From Pocillopora damicornis (lineage: Eukaryota), in assembly GCF_003704095.1 (NCBI RefSeq), contig NW_020844645.1, positions 186,001 through 250,000 of the forward strand: a stretch of 64,000 bases of DNA, in the 5' to 3' direction. The notes beneath the pieces were generated by a model. It had not been told where the DNA came from and did no database searches. It worked only from the letters and a program-made list of their open reading frames with translations. The position numbers and the translations under genes were made by a program. This document shows, one piece after another, positions 22,196 to 36,384 of the stretch. Within the stretch, counting starts at the first letter, position 1. Each line of letters opens with the position of its first letter.

Positions 22196-25074
22196 ATGAC
22201 CAGCTTTCCAGTCATCCAAGTAAAAGAAGGGGAATGGAGGTCACGAAACTTCTTCGAAGTCTTGGGAGTGAAAATTCCATCTTATTTCACAACCGATCCA
22301 CAATTACTTAGCGACTTCATCTCGGATTTCCATCCGAGAACGGACGATGTTTTGTAAACGAGATGTTGTATGTTGCCTGGTACTTGTTGAGGACAGGATT
22401 TTCATGCTTCATGATGCAAACATTTACTTGGTAATAAAAAAACCAATGGCTTTAACAACGGTTTACCTTCTGGACTATCACGCTATCAGTTTAGTCTCCT
22501 TCGCTGCAGTTGTTTGGTCTTGTCACGCAGCGCGTTCTCTCTCTCAAGAATATTGGTGAAATGATAAGGAGAGTAAATACTGATAGTGATGTAAGTATGG
22601 TATTCTGACAAAACCAAACAACGGTGGCAAAGGAGACTAAAATCAGTTAAGTGGATCATAGATGTGAGCAGCTGTTTCCTAAGGGGGGGAGGGGGTGGAT
22701 GGGAGGGGAAGCCTATTGCATAAAATTTGAACAAACAACTGCATAGGAGACTACAACCCCCCTATAATCACTTTTATTTACCTTTATTATCATTTTATTC
22801 ATATCTTTTGTTAATTTTTTTTAAAATTCCAATTAGAAAACTGCTATTAGGGACTTGTCATGTCTTGCAAAATTAAGATAAGAGTTTTTTTTTTCACAAA
22901 ACATGTTTTGTTATCAACTAGTTTCAAAAAATTTTTTCCAGCTTCCTCAGCTTTGTTAACATTTTGCTGGTAATAATTAAAGTCTACTCTCCTTATTGAT
23001 ATACCTCTGCACTGTAATAAATTGTATCAATTATCCACTACAGTTGAAATAAACTTGCTTTTGTTTGTTTAGGGACAACTTGGGTGCAAGAGATTGTCTG
23101 GCAGATCTTTAATGGAGGAGAAGTGAACAGTGACTCAATTTCTAAAAGAATTGCATTCCTAGATACTCTAACTTCGCCACACTTTCCAATACAAGTTTCA
23201 GAGATCAACTCTTTGCCAAGTCCTCGCATTTTTAAGACACACTTACCTTACAAAATTATTCCCAAAGGTGCAAGCAATAACACCACTTGTAAATATATTT
23301 ACATTGCCCGCAATCCTAAAGATGTTGCTGTGTCATACTTCAAATTCATTACAAGCTCAAATTTGATTGGAAATGGATATAGTGGACCCTGGGAATTTTG
23401 TGCCAAGCTGTTCATTGAAGGAAATGGTGAGATTGAAGAAACTGAAGTTTGCTGTAATTTAAAGAGCGTTGTTAATGTTCATGTTTTTCTTGGCTGTGCA
23501 CTCCAATTCTTACCTCTGAACTATGGAGAACACACTTAACTAGGTTCATTGTGTTTGTTTAGGAGAATAGTGGAACACCTGAGTCTTTTTTTGCCACCTA
23601 CTGAAATTTTCTGCTGCCTATTTGTGAAGTTCATATTTCAGATCACTTTTGTGTGTTGGTGTTCAATTAGCAGATTTGAAGAAATTTTTTACCCAAATTT
23701 TCTTTCATTTGGACTTTATCCAACTGAAAAGGAAGAATTTACTTGTAGACAATAAAGGAGTACAGGAGGGTTTGTTATACACACCCTGCCAAGAGTGACC
23801 AAACAGGAATTTTGCCTTGAAATATCAATACTTTTTCAAGCAGAATGATGTTAAGAAGGAAAAAAATATCAGCAATAGTATTTTTGTTTCTTTATAGCTT
23901 CTAAATTCTCAGAGCTAAAATTCTAAGTAATGTGTGGCAGAAATAGCAGAAAATTTAGACATAGATCTTTGGAGTCAAGAAATTATGGCATGGTATTTGG
24001 CAACTGTCCTTGGGATTTTTGACCCTCATTGTAAGTCACTCGCAAAGGAGAGGAACAACAACTTCTTTTTTTACTTTGAAATGGAAATACTTGTTCTGAA
24101 TGAAATTTTTTTCTCTATGTTATAATCAGTTGGATTTAACCATTGGAATGACCATGTTCTGGGCTGGTGGGAGCAGAAAGATGATCCGAACATCTTGTTT
24201 CTCAAATATGAAGATATGCACAAGGTTTGTTGGCTCCTAAATCGTTACAGTGATTTAAATTCAGATAGGCTAGTTCACGTAGTTTGTTTCCTAATTTAAG
24301 GAACCGATTGAAAAAAAAACTATGATTTAAGACCCTATTACGGAAGCCGAAAAGGGAAAATCCAAAAATATTTTGCGAATCCCAAAAAATATTAAGAATC
24401 GATATCTTTTTGACAAATCGCTTTTGAAAAGTTTGTCAAATCGAGAAAACAGTTTCAAATCATGGTTTAATTCATACATCCACAAATAACTTTTACGAAA
24501 ATAATTTACAATCTAAGAATCTTTCGAAAATCCAGAAAATTTTCGCAGATCGAGAAAAATATTTTGTCGCATGACACTTGCGCCAGTAGTCGGCACTTTG
24601 TCACGATACAGCACAGTGTGTCGCACTAGGTTGCACTAGGTCGACTTAGAGTAACTACGCGAACGGACCAAATTGTACCAAGTGTATTGCGATGTTCTGC
24701 TACAAATGGGGAAGAGAATTTGTGAGTAATTTGCTATTCTTATTTAAAACTTGTTTAAAACTTGTATTAAAAACTTGTTTAAACAAATGTGATCAAATCT
24801 GCCCTAGGATCTTCTTTCCCATGTTAGAATAATCGCCAACTTCCTTAACAAGTCGCTGTCAGAGGATGTCCTCTGTCGCATTGCTAAACAGTGCAGTTTC
24901 AGTGGAATGAAGAAAAATGCTTCAAGTTACGCGACCAGCGATGGTGGGACTTCGCTGCTACGAAAAGGCGTGGTAGGAGACTCGAAGAATTACTTTACTC
25001 CAGAGCTAACTGAGAGATTTGAGCGGGAAGTTTTGGCAAAATTACATGGAAGCGGATTGGAATTTGAGATATAA
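22196..25074 (+). pseudogene. Cytosolic sulfotransferase copy A, probably pseudogene; exons 22196-~22357, 23073-23426, 24130-24224, 24808-25074
   Basis: SULT motifs (GTTW, FKTHLP, YIARNPKDVAVSY, LKYED) present, but exon 1 ends ..TDDVL-TAA without YPKSG or a donor; RKGVVGDSKNY has W>S. Confidence 0.75.
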
Positions 25075-26503
25075 TCTCTATGAACAATACCATGTTCTTT
25101 CCAAATAGTTTTGCGGAGAACGAATGTTTCAGAATGAAAACTGATGTTCAAGTGGCCTGTGAAGCAGACATTTGGCGAGAATATGAGTAACACGCGAAAC
25201 GAGGGAGAACGCCTCGCTCGCGTGTGCTGGTCCTAAATCACTCGCGCCTACATAAATAGCGCGTCTGTCTCGAATATTCCCTAACCATTTAGTGGAATAC
25301 TGAATAATTAAGAAAAAGAAATGACTTATTTCTAAGATACGTCTCTGGATAATCCATAGTCATTTAATAGACCCACGTTGCATAACTAAATTCTTATTAA
25401 AGTTAAAACAAATCTCAGAACATTATTAGTTATGAACAGCCAAGTTCGCACCATTTTTTGCTTTAAATCGCATTTTTTCCCCAGCCAATGAGGGGGCTAC
25501 ACTAAAAACAAAACAACCAATCAGATTTCAAGGATTGTTTAAAGTAACCAATCTAATTGCAGGAAAATGAAAGACAAAGAGTATCGTCGCAAATTTTGCA
25601 ACTTTTGTTTCCAAAACTCTTATTCTTCATCCCCCCCTCCCAAAAAAAGGATGATTTTAATTTCTAACCGGCTCAGTACTGCATCAATAAAATGTTTTAA
25701 CTTACCAAGTCCCGTACTTGGGTGATTTCAAAATGGATGTAATAAAGTGGTAATTGAACCTCATGTCGTGCAATTTTGGTTTGAATTCATACTTGTGATT
25801 TCAAATCGAACGAGCGGTTCAATTACCCTTATTAATCGCATGTGCTGTGGGGTAATTGCGGTCAAATTTCAGTCTCCACCTGTTTCCCTCGTGGACACAA
25901 AACGCGCGACATAATTCGATATGATTAATTTATTTTTTAAATCAGTCTCATATGAGTTCATCACAAGTGCAATACAGACTAATACATATCTTAGTACGAT
26001 GATTTATCGTCTGAGAGACCCAAATTTTAAAACACTTCTACCTTGTTCCTAGCCTCATTCAGACTTGCGTTGTTTTCTGATATGTAACTGACTGTAATAT
26101 TTTAATCCTTCAGTAATTATTGATAGCCTCCCTTTAAATTACAGGTAATGTTTTGTGGAAAATAAATAGATAAAATAGCATAAATGTTTTTGCGAATCAG
26201 CACACTAATCAAGCGTCTTCCTTAAATTCTACAACGTATAAAAATTTGCTTCGATGGATATTGAATGTTTGGGTGACTAATTAATAAAACTAGCGACCCC
26301 ACCTGCACTTAGTTAAAGGAAGAATTCTGCCTTTTCTAAAACAACGCCTTACTCCATGTGGGGCGCCATCGTTTTTCATTAAAGAATTGCATGAATAATG
26401 AAATGCGATGTTATAACGGAAATTTTTCTGAAGTGTCGAACAAATGACACCTTCGCGTTTCGAAATTTCCCGTGGCTCAGTTTCGGCGTAATTCCTGAAA
26501 AGT

Positions 26504-27621
26504 ATGGCGTCTTACCCGATCATTCAGGAACGTGAGGGGGAATGGACCTCCAATGAAATGATTGAAATCCTAGGCTTTAGAATTCCAGCGTTTTTTGTGT
26601 ATGGCTCTCAAGGTCCTGAGTTGCTGTGCGACTTCATCACTAATTTTCAGACGAAATCTGATGATGTATTTATTGTCAGCTACCCCAAGTCAGGTGAGCT
26701 AATTTTTAATAGTGTATGACTCAGAGCTTGGAAAGATTTTCGAATAATTCCATACTATTCTTTGAAAAGCTGCATTCTCAAAGGTGTCTTATCGCTTTAG
26801 CCTTTGTTTTCATTTATCCAAGCATTGCATACGCAAATGTTGCCCAGAGCTTTTGTGAATAATCTTAAACCCGACGTTGCTGGCAACACAATTGTCTCGA
26901 TGTATTTTTTAATTTAAGGGACCACTTGGGTTCAAGAAATTGTCTGGCAGATTTACCACGATGGCGAAATCAGTAATAAAGTTCTTGGAGATCGCGTCTT
27001 GTACATAGAGAAAGCTTTATTACCAGAATCAACTCATCTTGATATTAAAAGTATGCCAAGCCCTCGTCTATTTAAGAGCCACCTGTCTTATGATGCNNNN
27101 NNNNNNNNNNNNNNNNNNNNNNNNNNNNNNNNNNNNNNNNNNNNNNNNNNNNNNNNNNNNNNNNNNNNNNNNNNNNNNNNNNNNNNNNNNNNNNNNNNNN
27201 NNNNNNNNNNNNNNNNNNNNNNNNNNNNNNNNNNNNNNNNNNNNNNNNNNNNNNNNNNNNNNNNNNNNNNNNNNNNNNNNNNNNNNNNNNNNNNNNNNNN
27301 NNNNNNNNNNNNNNNNNNNNNNNNNNNNNNNNNNNNNNNNNNNNNNNNNNNNNNNNNNNNNNNNNNNNNNNNNNNNNNNNNNNNNNNNNNNNNNNNNNNN
27401 NNNNNNNNNNNNNNNNNNNNNNNNNNNNNNNNNNNNNNNNNNNNNNNNNNNNNNNNNNNNNNNNNNNNNNNNNNNNNNNNNNNNNNNNNNNNNNNNNNNN
27501 NNNNNNNNNNNNNNNNNNNNNNNNNNNNNNNNNNNNNNNNNNNNNNNNNNNNNNNNNNNNNNNNNNNNNNNNNNNNNNNNNNNNNNNNNNNNNNNNNNNN
27601 NNNNATGAAGACCTGCAGAAG
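26504..27621 (+). CDS. Cytosolic sulfotransferase copy B, exons 1-3 (26504-26693, 26919-gap, gap-27621); last exon not adjacent
   Basis: MASYPIIQ..DDVFIVSYPKSG|TTWVQEIVWQI..PSPRLFKSHL; EDLQK|gt after the gap. Confidence 0.75.
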
Positions 27622-30600
27622 GTATGAAAATTTCCCTCTTACTTCTGTATCATGATTACCACAGAGTCCTTAACCTTTCATCTGTTCTCATCGACACACT
27701 TTTTTATTTACATTTTCAGATAATCAATATTACATTGGCTGACCCGCAAATAGCTACATTTTGTCTAACGCGGGTCATGTTTAATCTTAAGTAGTTGCGT
27801 GAACTACTAAAATATTAAACAAATTTTTACTACCAAGAAATATGTCGAAAAGGAAAATATCAGGTGAAAACTTATATAGTCAACTACTATATACCTCAGT
27901 GGCTTGCGGTGGATATTTACCGAGCCGCGAAGCGTCAACGTAAATATTCACCGCTAACCACCGACACTGAGCTATAACATCCCACTGTTTTAGTATATAC
28001 TAAAACAGCTCCAAAAGATGATTTTAATTCACTTTTACCTGCAAAGATTAAAATATTTTCGCGTGTAAATCCAGCGCGAGTTGCTCAGAGGTTGATGCTT
28101 AGGAACAGGAGCCCCGGGCTCCTGTTAGCAATTATTCCATAAGCGTGCGTTGGATCTGAGATGGTGAAAAATAGTCAATTTGGTACCCAACAAGTGCGAA
28201 TGGACTAGTTATTTTATCAAATTTCATTAAATCCTGAACGGTTTGATAAATGGAGTTTTTTTAGCTCCGCAAAATTGGCGTAATGCATTTCCATGTAATG
28301 TAAATCTGAATATGTGCTGATAACCGGTGTAAGGTGAACCAATCAGGACACTAGAATATACAATATTCAGAGTTGAAATTTTAATTAATAACAAAGGATA
28401 ATCGAAGCGCGCCTTCAACGCTATCCACTATTTTTGTATTTACTAAAACATTCTAACCAGTTTTAAGCGATCATCCGGGGGATGGCGGAGAAATGCATAA
28501 TACATAACCGCTTGATACAACTTCCCCAGTATAGGGGTATAATAGAATACGATGAAAACATCATTCTATGCCATGATTGATCACTTCATGTACAAAAACT
28601 CGCTAAAACGTACTACTAACATTGATTTCAGGGGATAAACAGGATTAAATTTTACTTACAGTACAATGACAGTAGGTAAAGGAAACATTTTAGGAACTTT
28701 GAAAACCTACCGCGAAATACGGAGTGAACGCTTAGTACAGTACCGCTCAATATAGGTTCGATTGTACCACTATTCACCTCAGTGTTAGAATTTTAGTATT
28801 TAAGTTATGGACTTTGTTTGCCAGGATGCTCAACAAAATATCATGGAGTTTTGTCCAAAAAGATTTTCTTGGTTGGTCTCCTAGGCAGGATACTCACTCA
28901 TTCCACAGCTTGATATTCATGGTAGATAAGACATTTTTTTTTATTTTTTGACAAGTTCATTTTTTGAGGAGGAAGATCGCGTGTTACGAGAATGAGAATG
29001 AATGTTTGCGTCCAATGCGTTGGTGAATTCCTGCAAGATGTTAGATGGAACACAATTATTAGTGGCCAAAAAAGCGAGTCAAAAACAAAAAAATCACTGA
29101 AAAAAAACGTGATGTTATCGCGCCGCACGGAAATCTGGGACAGAGGCGCACGTAAAAGGTGTGTACTACTTTTATGTGCGCCTCAGTCCCAGAGTTCCGC
29201 ACGGTGCGCTAACATTAATTTTTTTTTTCTTCGCCGTTTCTATTTTTTTTTCTTTGACTCGCGCAACGGAATTTACCCGGAAAAGAAGGAAGTTCTCGTA
29301 GTCTCAAATATTAGCCACGTCAAGCATGAAATAAGATAATAATGACTTCATAGTATAGAAAGTTTATAGGTAAAACATCAGCGTCGATAAAGAGAGAAAC
29401 AGAATGATAGTTTCTGTCAGTGTATATGAAGCGCAGGGCTCTGTCAGTGTATATGAAGCGTAGTGCTCTTTCTTTGTAGAGTTAAGATTTTGTTCAAATG
29501 TGTCTGACTGGCAATAACTATGTGGGCTCAGGAGCTAATCGTGCTCGTAGTTAAGTTCATGTCATTTAGAGTCTGTGCGAGTAAAAGAGGAAAATATTAT
29601 TGCCCCAGACCGAATCAACAGTCAGGGTCTAAAAATAACTGAATAGGACGTGCTGTCTTTGCTAGCTATGAAATCTTCAGATCGGGTTAGACGTCTTAAG
29701 CTTCTCGGGTAAAGACGAAACACCGTAGGCCCCGTCTCCTGTATCTCCTCTGTACTGGTTTGNNNNNNNNNNNNNNNNNNNNNNNNNNNNNNNNNNNNNN
29801 NNNNNNNNNNNNNNNNNNNNNNNNNNNNNNNNNNNNNNNNNNNNNNNNNNNNNNNNNNNNNNCCATGAATATCAAGCTGTGGAATGAGTGAGTATCCTGC
29901 CTAGGAGACCATTCAAGAAAATCTTTTTGGACAAAACTCCATGATATTTTGTTCAGCATCCTGGCAAACAAAGTCTATAACTTAAATACTAAAATTCTAN
30001 NNNNNNNNNNNNNNNNNNNNNNNNNNNNNNNNNNNNNNNNNNNNNNNNNNNNNNNNNNNNNNNNNNNNNNNNNNNNNNNNNNNNNNNNNNNNNNNNNNNN
30101 NNNNNNNNNNNNNNNNNNNNNNNNNNNNNNNNNNNNNNNNNNNNNNNNNNNNNNNNNNNNNNNNNNNNNNNNNNNNNNNNNNNNNNNNNNNNNNNNNNNN
30201 NNNNNNNNATGGCATAGAATGATGTTTTCATCGTTTCCTATTATACCCCTATACTGGGGAAGTTGTATCAAGCGGTCATGTATTATGCATTTCTCCGCCA
30301 TCCCCCGGATGATCGCTTAAAACTGGTTGGAATGTTTTAGTAAATACAAAAATAGTGGATAGCGTTGAAGGCGCGCTTCGATTATCCTTTGTTATTAATT
30401 AAAATTTCAACTCTAAATGTTGTATTTTCTAATGTCCTGATTGGTTCACCTTACTCCGGTTATCAGCACATATTCAGAGTCACATTACATGGAAATGCAT
30501 TACGCCAACTTTGCGGAGTTAAAAAAAACTCCATTTATGAAACGGTTCGGGATCATCACCTGATATTGAAAATTAATGACCGGACGCGCATGGTAACGTA

Positions 30601-30864
30601 CGTTAGCTACTTGAAAATATCTCTTTGTCGGCAGTGAAAGGGAATTTTGCGGTCGCGTCGCATTACAGAGGCGTCTGTGCGTGTCATTAGAATTTCGGCC
30701 CGCGTTAGACTAAATGTAGCTATTTACTGGTCAGCCAATGTAATATTGATTATCTGAAAGTGTAAATAAAGAAGTGTGTGAAAAAAGTGTGTCAATGAGA
30801 ACAGATGTAAGATTAAGGACTCTGTGTTAATCATGATACAGAAGTAAGAGGGAAATTTTCATAC

Positions 30865-32122
30865 CTTCTGCAGGTCTTCATATTTAAGGAACAGAACGTT
30901 CGGATCATGTCTGTGCTTCCACCATCCAAGAACATGATCACTCCATTTGTTGTAAACTGCTGATTAAAGGGAATTTATTCCCCTGATAAGCACTCAAGCT
31001 GAACGGCAAAACAAATGTTTTAAACGTTCTGGCAATACTGAACATAGTTCCAGCGAGGAGCAAAGGATTTCGTTAACTACCTGATTCACGGAATAACTAA
31101 TATTAATTAAGGAAAAGAAGAGGAAAATAAAAAAGTTTATCAAACTGATAGCCTGCAGTGCTGGCTTATTGTTTGGGCGAGTTACCGTTAAGAATCTCGT
31201 GATTTTATATTTAACCGGCAATGTTTGATTCTGGAAGTAAAGGCGGCGATAGGGGTGAGGAGGCTGTGAAAGGTCTACCATGACCAAGGTTCTCCTCTGT
31301 GGTCGAAATAAACACAATTTGAAAACATTTCATGTACTTACTTTTACCCTCGATAAATAGTTTCGCATAAAATTCCCATGGTGCATTCATTCCGTTTGTG
31401 CCAAAGCTACCCATAAATTTGTAGCTTGAGACTGCAGCATCCTTGGGGTTGCGAGCGACGTAGATATATTTACAGGTTGTCTTGGCCTCGTCTGTACTCT
31501 TAGGAATCGCATCATAAGACAGGTGGCTCTTAAACAGACGAGGGCTCGGCATACTTTTAATATCAAGATGAGTTGATTCTGGTAATAAAGCTTTTTCTAT
31601 GTACAAGATGCGATCTCCAAGAACTTTATGACTGATTTCACCATCGTGGTAAATCTGCCAGACAATTTCTTGAACCCAAGTGGTCCCTTAAATTAAAAAA
31701 TACATCGAGACAATTGTGTCGCCAGCAACGTCGGGTTTAAGATTATTCACAAAAGCTCTGGGCAATATTCGTTTAGAATCCCATACTTCATTGCGTACGC
31801 AATGCTTGGATAAATGAAAACAAAGGCAAAAGCGATAAGATACTTTTGAGAATGCAGCTCAGCAAGAATAGTATGGGATTATTCGGAAATCTTTCCAAGC
31901 TCCGAGTCATACACTATTAAAAATTAGCTCACCTGACTTAGGGTAACTGACAATAAATACATCATCAGGTTTCGTCTGAAAATTAGTGATGAAGTCGCAC
32001 AGCAACTCAGGACCTTGAGAGCCATACACAAAAAACGCTGGAATTCTAAAGCCTAAGATTTCAATCATTTCATTGGAGGTCCATTCCCCCTCACGTTCCT
32101 GAATGATCGGGTAAGACGCCAT
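30865..32122 (-). CDS. Cytosolic sulfotransferase copy C, exons 32122-31933, 31686-31342, 30959-30865; last exon not seen
   Basis: Near-identical to copy B; YPKSG, YVARNPKDAAVS, WSDHVLGWW, LKYEDL; canonical splice sites. Confidence 0.8.
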
Positions 32123-33218
32123 ACTGTTCAGGAATTACGCCGAAACTGAGCTTCGAAAAATTTCGAAACGCGAAGGTGTCATTTGTTCGACACTTCAGAA
32201 AAATTTTCGTTATAACATCGCACTTCATTATGCATGCAGTTCTTTAATGAAAAACGATGGCTCCCCACATAGAGTAAGGTATTGTTTTAGAAAAGGCAGT
32301 ATTCTTCCTTTAACTAAGTGCAGGTGGGGTCGCTAGTTTTATTAATGAGCCACGCGAACATTCAAAATCCATCGAAGCAAATTTTATACGTTGTAGAATT
32401 TAAGGAAGACGCTTGATTAGTGTGCTGATTCGCAATAACATTTACGCTATTTTATTTATTTATTCATTTGCCACCAAACATCACCTGTAATTTAAAGGGA
32501 GGCTATCAAAATTACTGAAGGATTGAAATATTTCACTTATTTACATATCTGACAACAACTAAAGTCTGAACGGGGATAGGAAGAAGGTAGATGCTTATAG
32601 AATTTGGGTCTCTCAGACGAGAAATCATCTTATTAAGATAAGCACTAGTCTGTATTGCACTTGTGATGAACTCATATGAAACTGATTACAAAAATAAATT
32701 AATCACAACGAATTATGTCGCGCGCTTTTGAAAGAGTGTCCACGAGGGAAACATTTGGAGCCTGAAATTTAACCGCAATTACTTCACAGCACATGCGAAT
32801 AATAAACAAACTGGGCTGCTAATAGCTAAATTGTTCTGAGATTTTTTAAAATTTTAGTAAGAATTGAGTAATGCAACGTGGGTCTATTAAATGACTATGG
32901 ATTATCCAGAGACGCATCTTAGAAATACGTCATTTCTTTTTCTTAATTATTCAGTATTCTACTTAATGGTCAGAAAATTTTCGTGACAGACGCGCGATTC
33001 ATGTGGGCGCGAGTGATTTTATGTTGTTTGTTCTCGTCAGAATTGCATACTTACATCACTATCAGTAACTGCTCTCATTATCATTTTACCTATTTTCTCG
33101 TAAGAGAGAACGCGCTGCGTGATAAGACCAAACAACGGCAGCGAAGGAGACTAAACTGATAGCGTGATAGCGTGATAGTCCCAAAGGTAAACGGTTGTTG
33201 ACGCCATAGGTTTTTTTT

Positions 33219-33383
33219 AGCAATGAAGATGTCATCCGGTCTTGTCCAGAGGTTCTTGATGAAGTCACTTAGTAGCTGAGGATCAGATGTGAAATACGCT
33301 GGAATTTTCAAGCCCAAAACTTTACGGAAGTTTCCTGTCGTCCAGTCACCTTCCCTTACTTCAGTGACTTCAGAACTCGTCAT
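33219..33383 (-). pseudogene. Truncated sulfotransferase exon 1 (copy D)
   Basis: MTSSEVTEVREGDWTTGNFRKVLGLKIPAYFTSDPQLLSDFIKNLWTRPDDIFIA, then homology breaks before YPKSG; no downstream exons. Confidence 0.75.
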
Positions 33384-34432
33384 GATCAGCAGAGCGCACG
33401 GCAATGATAACGGGTCACGTACCATGAATCAGTGCTGCACATCGTTCTGTCTAACAGCCAATACAAGACGACCGCTGACGTATATTGTGACACAGAGAGC
33501 GAGGGCGCAAAACTAATTTTGGTGTGTTCATGTTCATTTGTTTGTTTGTTTTCTTTTTTTAGGATTATTATCACAAATGAACGAAATAATCCATATTTTT
33601 CCCTGTGGAAGACAATGAAAACGAAATGATCGTCATCATGGAGCTTCAAGAAATTGCAGCAAAAAATTTGCCTCGTGCCCAACATAAGGCTTGCTAACTT
33701 GGTAATAGCGCCAACTTGTAACAGGTGGGCACGAGTTGCATCACCGTCGAAGTGTGTTCGAAGGCTGATATTTTAAGGCTTCTTTCCTTGCAATCTCTTA
33801 CCAGTTAGAATAACTTTGTCATTTAAAATCATACGCAGGTCGCTGAAAATCTGATTTATTTCGGCAATTGGTAACTTCTATTCAAAATCATTGTACGAGT
33901 GTTGGAAACAAGGCAACAATAGCTGGCTTCAAATTCAAAATATCCGCAACGAATTCAACAATCAATAAGACAGACGCAACGCAATAAAATCAGTGACACA
34001 TTTACCTGCGGTCAGCTGTGCAGCACTCTTTTATTCAGTTACACGGTTTGATATCATCTTTGATCAATAACACATCACACAGGGCACTATGGAACCTACG
34101 TGTTAAATGAAAGAAACGTCCTAAGAAAAAAAAACACTTATTGTCCGGTAGAGATCCAAGCTGCCTCTCGTCCATTGTATTTTTTTGGTCATTCAGCCTT
34201 TCCTTCTCCTTTTTGCAGTTACATCTAATGTCTGGATGTAATCCTTATTGATTGAAATCCCGGGCTTAAAGTGAGTTTTCGTGCGATACTAGGATTTAAA
34301 AGACTGATACCAAGTCACGTGACCTTAGGGAGTAAACATATTTTTATTTCCTTCTTTGTCTCAGTCGTTAAATTTACGTAGCGTCTTCACAACCGAACAT
34401 CCACTACGAAGAGATTACCTATGAAAATCCAA

Positions 34433-34711
34433 TTATAACTCAAAATCAAACTCCAATCCAGTTCCTTCTATTGTTGACAACACCTCCTTCTCAAATCTCT
34501 CATTCAACTCTGGAGTAAAATAATTCTTCCAGTCTCCGACCACGCCCTTCCGAAGAATCGAGGTTTGGCCTTCATTGAAGCGCACCGTGTACCTCGATAA
34601 ATCTTTTGTCATCCCATTGAAACTGCACTGTTCAGCAATACGATTAATGATATCCTCCGAGAGCGGCTTGTTAAGGAAGTTGGCAGTCAATCGAACTCGT
34701 GAAGGTAGATC
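34433..34711 (-). CDS. Orphan last exon of a cytosolic sulfotransferase
   Basis: ag|DLPSRVRLTANFLNKPLSEDIINRIAEQCSF..LRKGVVGDWKNYFTPELNERFEKEV..FEL*; intact reading frame. Confidence 0.8.
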   Translation of the reverse strand, partial: DLPSRVRLTANFLNKPLSEDIINRIAEQCSFNGMTKDLSRYTVRFNEGQTSILRKGVVGDWKNYFTPELNERFEKEVLSTIEGTGLEFDFEL

Positions 34712-35660
34712 CTGAATAAAATATACATTATGATTTAAAATCTGTTCTCAGGGCTGTTTATTACACCTTTTGCTGTTCATTTACGCAAAATGTACATTCA
34801 TTTACGTCAACAGTTGAAACTATACGGCAAGTATACATTCATTAGCACTTCCATGAACTTCATTAACGCGAACGAACTTTCAACAACGCTATTTGCAAAT
34901 GTATTAACATTCAATAGCATCAACGGATGAACAATTGCACCTTTGGACAATCAAACATAACAAATATATTTTCAATCTCGCGCAGTGGTTGATCATTAAC
35001 ACTGATAGAAAATCAATTGCCAGTATGACAATCAATTGCATCTAAGAGACATACAATAATATAATTTGCCTAGAGACGCACAATCAATTGCACCTTCATA
35101 CAATCGTTTATTCAAAATGGTCAATCATTAACGTGAACAGACAAACGTGTGTAGTAATAACAATCAACTAAGGAAAAAGAAATTTCAAAAGTGTTCTATT
35201 ACAGTGCATTGTAATGTAATGTTTNNNNNNNNNNNNNNNNNNNNNNNNNNNNNNNNNNNNNNNNNNNNNNNNNNNNNNNNNNNNNNNNNNNNNNNNNNNN
35301 NNNNNNNNNNNNNNNNNNNNNNNNNNNNNNNNNNNNNNNNNNNNNNNNNNNNNNNNNNNNNNNNNNNNNNNNNNNNNNNNNNNNNNNNNNNNNNNNNNNN
35401 NNNNNNNNNNNNNNNNNNNNNNNNNNNNNNNNNNNNNNNNNNNNNNNNNNNNNNNNNNNNNNNNNNNNNNNNNNNNNNNNNNNNNNNNNNNNNNNNNNNN
35501 NNNNNNNNNNNNNNNNNNNNNNNNNNNNNNNNNNNNNNNNNNNNNNNNNNNNNNNNNNNNNNNNNNNNNNNNNNNNNNNNNNNNNNNNNNNNNNNNNNNN
35601 NNNNNNNNNNNNNNNNNNNNNNNNNNNNNNNNNNNNNNNNNNNNNNNNNNNNNNNNNNNN

Positions 35661-36094
35661 CCTTGCTCGTCCGTGACTTCTTGCCGTCCAAATATTGTAC
35701 CCACACTCGTCTACAAATATACTTTGATTCACTACAGCATGGCGCATGAACCAGTGGGCATAGTCGACTCTTTTTTGCAGGACATCAGGGCGGTTTCGTT
35801 CAACTCGGAGTGCCCTTGCCAATTTTACACGATACAACATACCTTCAAGTGTTCTTGCTACTGCACGGTCATGGATTGTTGGTTTTCTTGGAAGAAGCTT
35901 TCTCAATTCTTGATTTATCTGTGCTAGTGTTAGCAGGCAATTTCGGTTCAAAATGTCATTCAGGCAATTCCTCATTTCATCATCTACTCGAACATGATTT
36001 GCTCCCCCTCGTGGTCTCTCCGCGATCCTTCCCTCTCGCTGAGACTGGGGCGAGGTATGCACGAGTGAAGACGTACGTGTTTCCCTCCCGGCTG
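35661..36094 (-). mobile_element. IS630/Tc1-type DDE transposase fragment between two gaps
   Basis: HTH-like LTLAQINQEL..HDRAVARTL followed by IFVDECGYNIW (first catalytic D). Confidence 0.8.
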
Positions 36095-36384
36095 NNNNNN
36101 NNNNNNNNNNNNNNNNNNNNNNNNNNNNNNNNNNNNNNNNNNNNNNNNNNNNNNNNNNNNNNNNNNNNNNNNNNNNNNNNNNNNNNNNNNNNNNGCCAAA
36201 CATTTCTCACTACACCTTATTCCAGAATGGCCGCCAACCGGTAAAAGCTGAGGCGAGTGGCACGAAAACGAGGTCATGAGGGCCAAACCTAAGAAATTTT
36301 ACAGTTTTTAATAAGAAGTTTTCGACAAACGTATCATTTAGTAACGAACCCTTCCGGTCAGGAAGAGAATACTTCTTGCTTTAT

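Larger units (their letters stand above)
22196..33383. repeat. Large inverted segmental duplication of SULT-containing DNA (arms ~22196-28920 and ~29863-33383)
   Basis: 25235-28920(+) is mirrored by 33020-29863(-); 22440-22622 is mirrored by ~33215-33023; indels distinguish the arms. Confidence 0.85.

Noticed and set aside
29413-29467. Two 27-nt direct repeats (also the 142-bp pair at 13080) as a CRISPR-like array
   Set aside because: Only two adjacent copies, no spacers, no cas genes, eukaryotic context
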